A stretch of DNA of 64,000 nt from assembly GCA_964654825.1 (NCBI GenBank), contig CAZZKG010000006.1, forward strand, positions 3,478 through 67,477, written 5' to 3'. Position 1 is the stretch's first letter; each line of letters starts with the position of its first letter. The notes under the pieces are model-generated. The model ran no database searches. It saw only the letters and a program-made list of their open reading frames with translations, and had not been told where the DNA came from. Positions 49,405-59,295 of the stretch are shown piece after piece. The stretch is from an uncultured Gemmatimonadota bacterium (lineage in GTDB: Bacteria > Gemmatimonadota > CAZMKB01). The position numbers and the translations under genes were made by a program.

Positions 49405-50205
49405 TTACTCGAGGAACACATCCTCAACTCTCGGCTCGATGGCTATCCCGCGCTCTAGCTGAAGAACGGGTCGGACGACTATCTGCAAGGTCTTGAAGAA
49501 ATCCCGTATATCACCCACGAAGCTCCTTGGAACGTACAGGACATCCCCCGCCTCCAGATTGATGTTCTCTCCACCGGAACCCTTCACGAGAAAGTCCTGG
49601 AGATCGAGCCTCTCGAGATAGGGATCATCAATATCTCCCCGTATAAGAATAACGGAAGACTTGTTGCCGTCATTTGTAAAACCGCCGGCTTTCGCGATCG
49701 CTTCGACCGCCGATGTCGCGCTGTTCAGCACAAAGACACCGGGCTTCTCGACCTCCCCGAGGACGAAAATCTTCTGGCTCCTGAGTGAAATAACCTCAAC
49801 TCCGACCTGAGGATTGACGTAGTACCGAGCAAGACCATCCTGAACTGTCCGTCTCAATTCTTTGATGTCTACCCCTCCTGCTCTGATATATCCGAGGAAG
49901 GGGTAATAGAACTCACCCGAGACATCGAGCTTCACCTTCTTGTTGAGGTCTTCATGACCCCATACTCGGATCGCAAGCTCATCGCCGGTTCCGAGGATGA
50001 ACTCGGTAATGTGTGGGGGTGCCTCATCCAGTATCCGACCTTCCGGTTGATCACTGCCCGGGAGAGAACCGGCACTATTTGTTCCACCACTGCATGAAAC
50101 AGACATCAGACCTACACAGAAAAGGAGCAAAAGTTCTCTGAATATTGAATTGAAGGTGTTGAATAGAGGCGGAATCGAAACGTTAAAATTCCTGAAAATT
50201 TTCAT
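49405..50205 (-). CDS. wza: Polysaccharide export outer-membrane protein Wza (Poly_export + SLBB)
   Basis: Lipoprotein-like signal LLLLFCVGLMSVSCSG, GDELAIRVWGHEDL...YYPFLGYIRAGG (Poly_export), GDVLYVP SLBB. Confidence 0.8.
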   Translation of the reverse strand: MKIFRNFNVSIPPLFNTFNSIFRELLLLFCVGLMSVSCSGGTNSAGSLPGSDQPEGRILDEAPPHITEFILGTGDELAIRVWGHEDLNKKVKLDVSGEFYYPFLGYIRAGGVDIKELRRTVQDGLARYYVNPQVGVEVISLRSQKIFVLGEVEKPGVFVLNSATSAVEAIAKAGGFTNDGNKSSVILIRGDIDDPYLERLDLQDFLVKGSGGENINLEAGDVLYVPRSFVGDIRDFFKTLQIVVRPVLQLERGIAIEPRVEDVFLE

Positions 50206-50514
50206 AAATACACCCCCAGAGGCCAAGAAAACAGTTACAATATTACCCACAATCTGAATGTGTTTAGTCGAAGATACGGTTCACTATTTACTTGTGCATA
50301 ACCCGTACCACATTAAAGAAAATTTACTCTTTATTTAGACCCTGTCAAGTCTCATACCATCTAGGGGTTCCCTTGAATTCACCAATCGATTGGATAGTTA
50401 AAAGACGAAAATTTGATTCACCGTTCGCAGTGGTAATAAGAAAGACTATTCCCGTCACGATGGATCAGTCAAAGCGTACATTCCTTCACAATTTTTCCGG
50501 CGGGATCGACATTT

Positions 50515-50591
50515 ATAAATAGGGACAGTCACCATTTATTTAAAAATAACATAACGGTGACAAAAAAATAAATGGTGACTGTCCCTATTTA
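50515..50591. repeat. REP doublet: perfect 25-bp inverted repeat (ATAAATAGGGACAGTCACCATTTAT / ATAAATGGTGACTGTCCCTATTTAT) with 27-bp spacer, between the priming transferase and wza
   Basis: Arms at 50515-50539 and 50567-50591 are exact reverse complements, with the same core as the RAYT-flanking REPs. Confidence 0.85.
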
Positions 50592-50734
50592 TCGTAGACA
50601 ATGACAGCGGGTAGTCGAGGTTCCTGGCCAGGCGAGACGACGCAAGGAGTATCTTTAGTTACTCCGAGGAGTAGCAACGCAGCCAGGGGACTTGAGAGTC
50701 GCCTGAATTGGTGATGAATTTCTGGGACGGGACA

Positions 50735-51610
50735 CTAGATATTGATACAGTGGAGCATCCACCTCACGGTGGACAGGAGGAGTTTGACATCCAGCCAGAG
50801 AGACCAGTTTCTGATATACTCCAGGTCGAAATTCAGATTCTCGTGAATCAGTTTTTCTCTCGAAGCCTGGAGCTGCCAGATACCGGTGACACCGGGTTTC
50901 ATCTGCAGGCGGATTTCGTGAAGCTTGTTGTAGCCGATAACGATATACGGCATTTCCGGGCGAGGTCCTACGAGACTCATGTCACCTCTGAGCACGTTGA
51001 TGAGCTGGGGGAGTTCATCGAGTGATACCTTCCGGAGAAATCTGCCAAATCCGGTGAGTCGATCATCATCATGTGTCTTCGGGGAGAAATCATATTTGGG
51101 ACTGTCGATCTTCATCGTCCTGAATTTGAAAATTTTGAACGGCTTCCCTTTCAGATCATGAACGCGTCTGTCACCGGTCCTTCTGTTGAAAATGAAGGTT
51201 GTCTTGTTGCCGATACTTTCGATCTCTCTCCGGTCAAGCCTTCTCCTGTTCTGACCGATACGCTGCTGGGTAAAAAAGATCGGTCCCCTCGAATCGAGCT
51301 TGATCAGGAGTGCAACGAGGATAAAGAGTGGTGAGGTGATTATGACGAGACCTGTCGCGAAGGTGATGTCCATAGCACGCTTGATGAACCTCCGCCATGT
51401 CAGTGTAAGCGCCTGGATATAGGAACCGAATACAGCATACTTGCCTGATGATTCGATCGGTTTGTCGTATCCCCTCTCGACGAGACTCCGCTGATAGAGC
51501 TGGAGTATATCCCTGAAGCCTTCACCGGGACCAATCCACTTGAAGCGTTCTTTCGTCTCTATTGCCTGCATGTAATATTCACTGTCTTTTGTCTGCAGTC
51601 TTTTCTTCAT
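50735..51610 (-). CDS. Polyprenyl-phosphate sugar phosphotransferase (bacterial sugar transferase, WbaP/PglC-like initiating enzyme)
   Basis: RGPIFFTQQRIG...GKPFKIFKFRTM...LDELPQLINVLRGDMSLVGPRPE (PF02397), with an unusual ~40-aa insertion before the KFRTM motif. Confidence 0.8.
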   Translation of the reverse strand: MKKRLQTKDSEYYMQAIETKERFKWIGPGEGFRDILQLYQRSLVERGYDKPIESSGKYAVFGSYIQALTLTWRRFIKRAMDITFATGLVIITSPLFILVALLIKLDSRGPIFFTQQRIGQNRRRLDRREIESIGNKTTFIFNRRTGDRRVHDLKGKPFKIFKFRTMKIDSPKYDFSPKTHDDDRLTGFGRFLRKVSLDELPQLINVLRGDMSLVGPRPEMPYIVIGYNKLHEIRLQMKPGVTGIWQLQASREKLIHENLNFDLEYIRNWSLWLDVKLLLSTVRWMLHCINI

Positions 51611-52393
51611 ACACCTAATACACCTATCCGTTGGAGAGACTCAAGAAGTATGGGAGCTACTATCATAAGAGAGGAAAGACCTGGTTTATGGTTGATAGTA
51701 TGTTAAAAAAAATCATCTTCTGAACCCTGGTGAAACTTATTGTATCAGATTTTGAAGGTTTTGTCAAGTTAAAAAATTCCGGCATGGGAAAATTTATTCG
51801 GTCCAATTCCTACCCATTGAAAACCGGGGGGAAATGGTGCCCTGAACAGTGCATTTATCTCCTGAATTGTTATAGAAATATCCGGATGAAAAAACAAGAC
51901 CTGCCGGCTAACTCTCTTTAAAAAAAGGGGGGTTGGATCGGACACCTGATACCTCCCCCGGCACAGTCGAGCGTATCTTCCCCACTTCCTGGAAATTGCA
52001 ATTCTCATGCCAGCGACAACCATATTCCGGATTTGAGTTTTTCCTGATTTCTGATCAGACAGAGAAACAGGGGGTCACGGGGAGCGATTCCGCATATCAC
52101 GGTAAAGACAACCCCTGCCACCATCGCAGAACTGGTTGAAAGAAGGGCGCCAATCAGGCAGACATTTAGCGTGCGGCATGCCGTCCTGACATACAATGCG
52201 AAGGGTGCCCCGGGGCAGGTCGTTCGAACGAAGTCTCCATATTTGCCTTATCTGATTGGAATACAATGAGATAGAAACATCGCCCCGGGACAGAAGAACC
52301 ATGGCATAATCCTTGCCCTTCTGCACGGTATTATTGTGATCGCCGGCTTTCGGCGGGAGTATCTGATCCACGAGGCAAAAAGGAGTGATTTTT

Positions 52394-54298
52394 ATGAGTA
52401 AAGTCATCGGTATTGATCTCGGCACAACGAACTCATGCGTCGCAGTCATGGAAGGTGGAGATCCTGTGGTCATTGCCAACGCGGAAGGAGGCCGGACGAC
52501 ACCATCCGTCGTTGCTTTTACCAAGGATGGAGAACGGCTGACAGGGCAGGTTGCGAAGAGGCAGGCGATCACGAATCCTGAGAACACCGTGTTTTCCATC
52601 AAGCGGTTCATGGGCAGGAAGTTCAGTGAAGTCAGTGATGAAATCACGAAGGTGCCGTACGAGGTGGTTTCCGGGCCGAACGGTGATGCCCGGGTGAAGG
52701 CCGGCGGGCAGGAATACTCACCTCCTGAGATTTCCGCTATGGTCCTGCAGAAGATGAAACAGACTGCAGAGGACTACCTCGGTACGAAGATAACGAAAGC
52801 CGTCATTACGGTGCCTGCTTATTTCAACGACAGTCAGCGTCAGGCGACGAAGGACGCGGGCAGGATCGCGGGCCTGGAGGTACTGAGGATCATCAACGAA
52901 CCGACAGCTGCTTCCCTCGCGTATGGACTCGAGAAAAAGTCCGACGAGAAGATCGCGGTATTCGATCTGGGCGGTGGGACATTCGATATATCGATACTCG
53001 AGCTGGGAGACGGAGTTTTTGAGGTAAAGGCGACCAACGGTGATACCCATCTGGGTGGGGACGACCTCGACCAGAGAGTCATCGACTGGCTGGTGGGAGA
53101 GTTTAAAAAACAGGAAGGTATCGATCTCAAAAAGGATCCGATGGCACTCCAGCGACTCAAGGAGGCGGCCGAGAAAGCAAAATGCGAACTCTCGACGGTA
53201 CTCAAGACTGACATTAATCTTCCGTTCGTCACGGCTGACGCGAGCGGGCCAAAGCACCTCAATCTCACACTCACCCGGGCGAAGCTTGAGGAACTCATCG
53301 ATGACCTCATCGAACGCACCGTCAATCCCTGTAAACAGGCCATGGCGGATGCAGGGTTGAAACCGGGTGACATGGACGAAGTCATCCTGGTGGGTGGTGC
53401 AACGAGGATGCCCAAGGTTCAGGAACTCGTGAAGGAAATCTTCGGGAAGGAACCCCACAAAGGTGTCAATCCCGACGAGGTCGTTGCCGTGGGCGCCGCT
53501 ATCCAGGGTGGAGTACTCGCCGGTGAGGTTAAGGATGTCCTGCTGCTGGACGTGACACCGCTCTCCCTGGGGATCGAAACTCTCGGAGGAGTTTTTACCA
53601 GGCTCATCGAGCGCAACACCACAATCCCCACAAAGAAGAGTGAGATCTTCAGTACAGCGGAAGACAATCAAACAACCGTGGAGATACACGTGCTCCAGGG
53701 GGAGCGTGAGATGGCAATCTACAACAAGACGATAGGCAGATTCCAGCTCACAGGTATCCCCCCGGCACCCCGCGGGATTCCTCAGGTCGAGGTGGCCTTC
53801 GACATCGACGCGAACGGCATCATGAATGTATCCGCGAAAGACAAAGCTACCGGGAAAGAGCAGTCGATTAAGATCGAGGCTTCCAGCGGCCTGACCGAAG
53901 AAGAGATCCAACGGATGGTGAGAGATTCGGAGACCCACTCTGCCGAGGACGGTCTGAAGAGGGAAGAAGTCGAAACAAGGAACAGGGCTGACTCGCTCAT
54001 TTACGAAACGGAAAAGAACATCCGGGAAATGGGCGACAAGATCGGCGCGGATGAAAAAGCGAAAATGGAGACAGCGATGGAACGGGTGAAATCCGCCCTG
54101 AAGGGGACCGACATGAGTGAGATAAAGAAAGCTACGGAAGACCTGACGCAGACCTGGCATCAGGTGGCCAGCACACTCTATCAGCAGTCTCAAGCCTCTG
54201 ATACAGCACAGTCGACTGAATCTCAATCACCCGAACCTCCCAAGGAAGAGGTTGTGGACGCGGAATACGAAGTGGTGGATGAAGAAAAGAAAGATTGA
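52394..54298 (+). CDS. dnaK: Molecular chaperone DnaK (Hsp70)
   Basis: [29 protein letters not shown] Hsp70 signatures. AGGAG RBS 8 nt upstream of ATG 52394. Confidence 0.97.
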   Translation: MSKVIGIDLGTTNSCVAVMEGGDPVVIANAEGGRTTPSVVAFTKDGERLTGQVAKRQAITNPENTVFSIKRFMGRKFSEVSDEITKVPYEVVSGPNGDARVKAGGQEYSPPEISAMVLQKMKQTAEDYLGTKITKAVITVPAYFNDSQRQATKDAGRIAGLEVLRIINEPTAASLAYGLEKKSDEKIAVFDLGGGTFDISILELGDGVFEVKATNGDTHLGGDDLDQRVIDWLVGEFKKQEGIDLKKDPMALQRLKEAAEKAKCELSTVLKTDINLPFVTADASGPKHLNLTLTRAKLEELIDDLIERTVNPCKQAMADAGLKPGDMDEVILVGGATRMPKVQELVKEIFGKEPHKGVNPDEVVAVGAAIQGGVLAGEVKDVLLLDVTPLSLGIETLGGVFTRLIERNTTIPTKKSEIFSTAEDNQTTVEIHVLQGEREMAIYNKTIGRFQLTGIPPAPRGIPQVEVAFDIDANGIMNVSAKDKATGKEQSIKIEASSGLTEEEIQRMVRDSETHSAEDGLKREEVETRNRADSLIYETEKNIREMGDKIGADEKAKMETAMERVKSALKGTDMSEIKKATEDLTQTWHQVASTLYQQSQASDTAQSTESQSPEPPKEEVVDAEYEVVDEEKKD

Positions 54299-54318
54299 TT
54301 CCCCGACTGAGAAGTAAT

Positions 54319-55827
54319 ATGAAAAAAAACAAAAATATGAGAAGGATGGGCTCCGTGACAGGGTTCATCCTTCTCATCCTGATCTGGCTCCATACTGGCA
54401 CGGGTTCGTATTGCCATGCAGATCAGCAGACACCGGACGAATACCCGGTATTCGGTACCGGGGAGACTGTGGCCGGTGTGTCCGATCACTCCAGCTTCGC
54501 CGAGATCGCCAGGAAGGTGAAACCCTACGTGGTGAACATCAGTGCAAAACGCACGATCGAGCATCCGGTTATCGATGATGCACCGTTTTTCAAGGGACCC
54601 TTCGAAAAATATTTCAGGAATCCACATGAAGAGAAGTTCGAGATGGAGGGGCTTGGAAGCGGAGTGATCGTTCGCGAAGACGGCTACATCCTCACGAACA
54701 ATCACGTCATCGAGAATGCCGAAGAGATCCAGGTGTCCATGTTCGACAACCAGGTTTTCACTGCGGAGATCGTCGGGCGGGATCCAACGACCGATATCGC
54801 CGTGATAAAAATCGACGCCGAGAGACTGCCAGAGGCCCGTCTCGGGAACTCCGACGAAGTCGAGGTGGGAGAATGGGTTCTGGCGGTGGGAAACCCCATG
54901 CGACTCCCGTACACCGTGACAGCGGGGATCATCAGCGCAAAAGGAAGGAACATCGACATTATACCGGGGAGCTACAGTATCGAAAGTTTTATCCAGACGG
55001 ATGCGGCGATCAACCCCGGGAATTCGGGTGGCCCACTCATCGATCTGAAGGGCGAAGTCGTAGGGATCAACACAGCAATATCGACGAATACCGGCTACTA
55101 TCAGGGATATGGATTTGCAATCCCCGTAAACCTTGCGAAAAGAGTCCTGGGGGACCTGATCGAAAGAGGAAGAGTTGTTCGAGCCATCCTGGGCGTGTCG
55201 ATCCAGAATGTGAATCCTGAAATTGCCGAGGAAATGGGACTGGAGGAAACGAAAGGTGTCCGTGTAGAAGGTTTCATACCGGAAGACAGCCCGGCACTTC
55301 TGGCCGGAGTACGTGAGGGAGATGTTATCATCGCTATCGACGGTGTCAGGGTAGCGAGAGTGAATGAGCTGCAGACACTGGTCGCCCAGCAGAATCCGGG
55401 TGACGAGATCACCCTGACTGTCATCAGGGAGGGGAAGACACGGACCTTCGATGTGACTCTCACGGAACGACCCGAAGAAACACCTCAGCTGGCAAGCCGT
55501 GATGCCGTACTCGAGGCCCATCCATTCGGCGTTCTCCTCATCGACATCGACGAGCAGGTGAGAGCTGCCCACCATCTCAGTGAGGCTATAGGTGTTCTGG
55601 TTCAGGCAGTCGATCCTGATGGCCCAGGGGCCGCAGCGAAACCTCACCCCCTAATGGAGGGCGATATCATACTGGAAGTCGATAACGGCATGGAAGTTGC
55701 TTCTGTCGAAGATATGGAGGACGGGTTGATCGCTATCGAGCACAAGGATGAATTGCTTCTCTTCGTATCCAGATACCAGGACGGGGGGGCCTCTACGTTT
55801 TACACGGTCATCAATCCCCAGTGGTGA
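54319..55827 (+). CDS. htrA: Do/DegP/HtrA family periplasmic serine endoprotease with two PDZ domains
   Basis: Catalytic triad context TNNHVI...DIAV...GNSGGPL, two PDZ-like segments, signal peptide. Confidence 0.9.
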   Translation: MKKNKNMRRMGSVTGFILLILIWLHTGTGSYCHADQQTPDEYPVFGTGETVAGVSDHSSFAEIARKVKPYVVNISAKRTIEHPVIDDAPFFKGPFEKYFRNPHEEKFEMEGLGSGVIVREDGYILTNNHVIENAEEIQVSMFDNQVFTAEIVGRDPTTDIAVIKIDAERLPEARLGNSDEVEVGEWVLAVGNPMRLPYTVTAGIISAKGRNIDIIPGSYSIESFIQTDAAINPGNSGGPLIDLKGEVVGINTAISTNTGYYQGYGFAIPVNLAKRVLGDLIERGRVVRAILGVSIQNVNPEIAEEMGLEETKGVRVEGFIPEDSPALLAGVREGDVIIAIDGVRVARVNELQTLVAQQNPGDEITLTVIREGKTRTFDVTLTERPEETPQLASRDAVLEAHPFGVLLIDIDEQVRAAHHLSEAIGVLVQAVDPDGPGAAAKPHPLMEGDIILEVDNGMEVASVEDMEDGLIAIEHKDELLLFVSRYQDGGASTFYTVINPQW

Positions 55828-55943
55828 TCACCACGGTTATCCCTAAGAGAATGTGCTTGACGACCTTTTCCAGTGACGGTATATTCTCAACATGATCAGG
55901 ATACCGGAGTCTTGCAAGGCAGAGGGACGAGCAGGTTGAATAT

Positions 55944-56029
55944 GCGAGAGTGGCGGAACTGGTAGACGCGCTGGACTTAGGATCCTGTGGGCATGACCCG
56001 TGGGGGTTCAAGTCCCCCCTCTCGCACCA
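55944..56029 (+). tRNA. tRNA-Leu (anticodon TAG), type II with long variable arm, CCA encoded
   Basis: Acceptor GCGAGAG/CTCTCGC, D-arm GCGG-AACTGGTAGA-CGCG, anticodon loop CTTAGGA, T-arm GGGGG-TTCAAGT-CCCCC, 3' ACCA. Confidence 0.85.
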
Positions 56030-56048
56030 TCTGGAAACAAAGAGATCG

Positions 56049-57338
56049 ATGAGCATGAATGAAATCAATGTAACAGTCAGAGAAGAGGGTGATTCCCACC
56101 GCATTCTGTCGATCCGGGTTGCCGGTTCGAAGATGCAGAGGGAGAGAGAGAAGATCATAAAACGGTTCCAGAAAAAGGCCAAGATTCCCGGCTTTCGTCC
56201 CGGCAGGATCCCAAAACAGATCATCGAAAAAAATTTCCAGGACGACATCAAACTCGAATTGATGGAAACGGTTATTAAGGATGCGTACCGGGAAGCACTC
56301 AAAGAACAGGATCTCAATCCCATATCACAGCCACGATTTTCCAATGTCGAAACTTCACCCGATTCAACCATGTCATTCGATGCCACGTTCGATGTCAAAC
56401 CGAACGTGGAGGTGAGGCGATACACCGGTTTCAAGATCGAGAAGAAAGTGAGCACGGTATCCGATTCGGAGACAGAGAGGGTACTGGAGAGGTTGAGGAG
56501 AGAGCGGGCCGTCTCGAGTCCGGTCGATCGGCCGGCCCAGACAGGAGACCTCGTCAGCATGTCGTATATTTCGCTGAATGAGGATGGTACACCGATCAAG
56601 GACGAACCCACGAAGAGTATCGATGTTAACCTGGGCGATGGTGGAGTACTCAATGAGATAGAGAATGGAATTATCGGAATGAGCCCAACAGAAGAGAAGG
56701 AAATCACAGTTACTTATCCTGGAGATTACTTCGTCGAGAGTCTCCGGCGGGCCACCCGAAAACTCATCATCACGGTGTCGGAAGTTAAGGAGGTTGTTCT
56801 GCCGCCTCTCGATGATGAGTTCGCAAAGAGTATCGATCCCGGCAAGGACCTGGAATCCCTCAGGGAGGAGATCAAAACACGACTCACGGAGGAAAAAGTA
56901 CGGAAGGCAGAGAGAGATGTGACCGAGAAGCTGATCGACCTCGTGATCGAGGCGAATCCCTTCGAATCACCGAAGATTATTGTCGAAGGCTACCTCGATG
57001 AGTTTCTCCACAGACTTGCCGAAGAGCGGAAAGCAGCCGGGCAGGATTTCGATCCTGAAAAAGTGAGAGACGCCTATCGACCGGCAGCCGAGAGGGTTTT
57101 CAAGAAGAACTTCTTACTCGAGTCGATTGCCAGAGCCGAGAGCATAGATGTGACCGAAGACGACATGGAGAAAGAGCTTTTGAGTATTTCCCAGGGGTCA
57201 GAACCATACCTCGAATCGCTGAGAAGAGGATTGGAAAAGGACTCCGGTGCGATGGAGAATTTTAAGTCTGATATCAAACACAAAAAAGTGACTGAATTCC
57301 TGAAAAACAATTCGGAAGTGAGAGAACAATATGAGTGA
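56049..57338 (+). CDS. tig: Trigger factor
   Basis: [18 protein letters not shown] ribosome-binding signature, PPIase and C-terminal domains. The track ORF start lies inside the tRNA, so the start is set at MSMNEINV. Confidence 0.9.
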   Translation: MSMNEINVTVREEGDSHRILSIRVAGSKMQREREKIIKRFQKKAKIPGFRPGRIPKQIIEKNFQDDIKLELMETVIKDAYREALKEQDLNPISQPRFSNVETSPDSTMSFDATFDVKPNVEVRRYTGFKIEKKVSTVSDSETERVLERLRRERAVSSPVDRPAQTGDLVSMSYISLNEDGTPIKDEPTKSIDVNLGDGGVLNEIENGIIGMSPTEEKEITVTYPGDYFVESLRRATRKLIITVSEVKEVVLPPLDDEFAKSIDPGKDLESLREEIKTRLTEEKVRKAERDVTEKLIDLVIEANPFESPKIIVEGYLDEFLHRLAEERKAAGQDFDPEKVRDAYRPAAERVFKKNFLLESIARAESIDVTEDDMEKELLSISQGSEPYLESLRRGLEKDSGAMENFKSDIKHKKVTEFLKNNSEVREQYE

Positions 57339-57963
57339 ATCCAGGTTCGATCATCGTAATGAGAACCAGGCACCCCGAGTGCAGCACCTCGTTCCTATCG
57401 TCGTCGAAAAAACGGGTATGGGGGAGAGGGCGTATGACATCTTCTCGAGGCTCTTGAAGGATAGAATCATTTTCCTGGGGAGTCCTATCGACGATACCGT
57501 TGCCAATCTTGTTATCGCCCAGATGCTCTTTCTGGAAGCTGAAGATTCGACGAAAGACATCTACCTGTATATCAACAGTCCCGGTGGAGTAGCTTCCGCC
57601 GGTCTTGCGATATATGACACTGTTCAGTTCCTCAAGTGTGATGTGGCGACCATATGCATGGGGCTTGCTGCAAGCGCTGCGGCTATATTACTCGCCGCCG
57701 GGGCAAAGGGAAAGAGATCGGCTCTCCCACATTCCCGCATCATGATCCATCAGCCGCATGGAGGTATCCAGGGACAGGCGGCCGACATCGAGATACACGC
57801 AAAAGAAATCCTTGGACTTCGGGAACAGCTCAACCATATCCTGGCAAAGCACACCGGTCAGAAGATCGACCGCATTGCCAAGGATACCGACCGCAACTAT
57901 TTTATGTCGGCCGCTGAAGCTAAGAAGTACGGGATTCTCGATGAAGTGATCGAGAAACATTGA
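57331..57963 (+). CDS. clpP: ATP-dependent Clp protease proteolytic subunit
   Basis: [43 protein letters not shown]. Confidence 0.95.
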   Translation: MSESRFDHRNENQAPRVQHLVPIVVEKTGMGERAYDIFSRLLKDRIIFLGSPIDDTVANLVIAQMLFLEAEDSTKDIYLYINSPGGVASAGLAIYDTVQFLKCDVATICMGLAASAAAILLAAGAKGKRSALPHSRIMIHQPHGGIQGQAADIEIHAKEILGLREQLNHILAKHTGQKIDRIAKDTDRNYFMSAAEAKKYGILDEVIEKH

Positions 57964-58035
57964 TGTATTTATCAGGGGAACAATATCGCTCCCTAATAAT
58001 ATATACTAGAGGAGACATAAACAGAGGGTATCAGG

Positions 58036-59295
58036 ATGAAAGATAAATCCGGAAAAGAATCGTACCGAGATTTTCGATGTTCATTCTGCGGGAAACCGCA
58101 GAACAAGGTTGAGAAACTCATATCCGGGCCGTCGGTATTCATCTGCTCGGACTGCATACACCTGTGCAATGAGATCCTGAAAGAGGAAGAACTTCAGGAA
58201 TCGAAACTGGGTACCAAGTCCGTACCTTCGCCTCAGGAAATTCACACGGTTCTGGACGATTATGTTATCGGACAGGAAAAAGCGAAGAGGGTCCTGTCCG
58301 TCGCCGTTTACAATCATTACAAACGTATCCTTTCTCCAAAATTCACTGATGATGTGGAGATCGACAAATCCAACATCCTCCTGGTCGGCCCTACCGGCGT
58401 CGGTAAAACCCTCCTTGCACAGACACTCGCAAAATTTCTCAGGGTTCCCTTTGCAATCGCTGATGCGACGACGCTCACCGAAGCGGGATACGTCGGTGAA
58501 GACGTCGAGAACATCCTCGTGAGACTTCTCCAGGCGGCCGATTACAACATTCATGAGGCCGAACGCGGAATCGTCTACATCGACGAGATCGACAAGATAT
58601 CGAGGAAATCCGAGAATCCATCAATCACTCGTGATGTTTCCGGTGAAGGTGTCCAGCAGGCACTCCTGAAGATCCTGGAAGGGACCGTTGCCTCGGTCCC
58701 ACCACAGGGGGGGAGAAAACATCCCCAGCAGGAGTACATCAGCATCAACACGCGGGACATCCTCTTTATCTGCGGCGGTGCATTCAACGGGCTCGACAGG
58801 TTGATCGAACGCCGTGTGGGGATGCAGGGGATCGGCTTCGGCGTGGAGATGAAGAGGAGGGAACAGGAGAGCCAGGTTCAGGTAATAGCGATGGCGGAGC
58901 CGGATGATTTCATCAAATACGGTCTCATACCCGAGCTCATCGGCAGGTTGCCTGTCTACTCTCACCTCAGTGAGCTCGACAGGAGTGCTCTCATCAGTAT
59001 ACTCACTTATCCCAAGAACGCAATCATCAAGCAGTACGTCAAGATCTTCAAGATGGAAAATGTCAAACTCACGTTCAAAGACGATGCCATCGAAGAGATC
59101 GCAATTCTGGCTATTAAACGAGGGACCGGCGCTCGAGGACTCAGGTCGGTTGTCGAGGATATCATGCTGGACCTCATGTATGATATTCCCTCGCGGAAGG
59201 ACATCAAAGAGATCATCATGACTCCTGAAGCCGTCCGCAAGGAAAAACCTCCTGTCGTGATCCTGGAGGAGAAGAGGAAGAAGAAAGAGGCCTGA
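58036..59295 (+). CDS. clpX: ATP-dependent Clp protease ATP-binding subunit ClpX
   Basis: Zn-finger CSFCGK...CSDC, Walker [20 protein letters not shown]. Confidence 0.95.
   Translation: MKDKSGKESYRDFRCSFCGKPQNKVEKLISGPSVFICSDCIHLCNEILKEEELQESKLGTKSVPSPQEIHTVLDDYVIGQEKAKRVLSVAVYNHYKRILSPKFTDDVEIDKSNILLVGPTGVGKTLLAQTLAKFLRVPFAIADATTLTEAGYVGEDVENILVRLLQAADYNIHEAERGIVYIDEIDKISRKSENPSITRDVSGEGVQQALLKILEGTVASVPPQGGRKHPQQEYISINTRDILFICGGAFNGLDRLIERRVGMQGIGFGVEMKRREQESQVQVIAMAEPDDFIKYGLIPELIGRLPVYSHLSELDRSALISILTYPKNAIIKQYVKIFKMENVKLTFKDDAIEEIAILAIKRGTGARGLRSVVEDIMLDLMYDIPSRKDIKEIIMTPEAVRKEKPPVVILEEKRKKKEA

Noticed and set aside
50515-50591. CRISPR array
   Set aside because: Only two repeat units in inverted (not direct) orientation, with a 27-bp spacer and the same sequence as the RAYT-associated REPs. 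There are no cas genes in the window.
52140-52393. HrcA CIRCE element upstream of dnaK
   Set aside because: No TTAGCACTC-N9-GAGTGCTAA-like inverted repeat was found in the 250 nt upstream of dnaK.
52718-55647. Long minus-strand ORFs (502 aa and 474 aa) overlapping dnaK and htrA; also 55811-56707 antisense to tig, 8471-9271 and 9801-10493 antisense to the secreted/FG-GAP genes
   Set aside because: They are shadow ORFs on the opposite strand of genes with unambiguous conserved signatures (Hsp70, HtrA, trigger factor). High GC suppresses stop codons. None has a recognisable motif.
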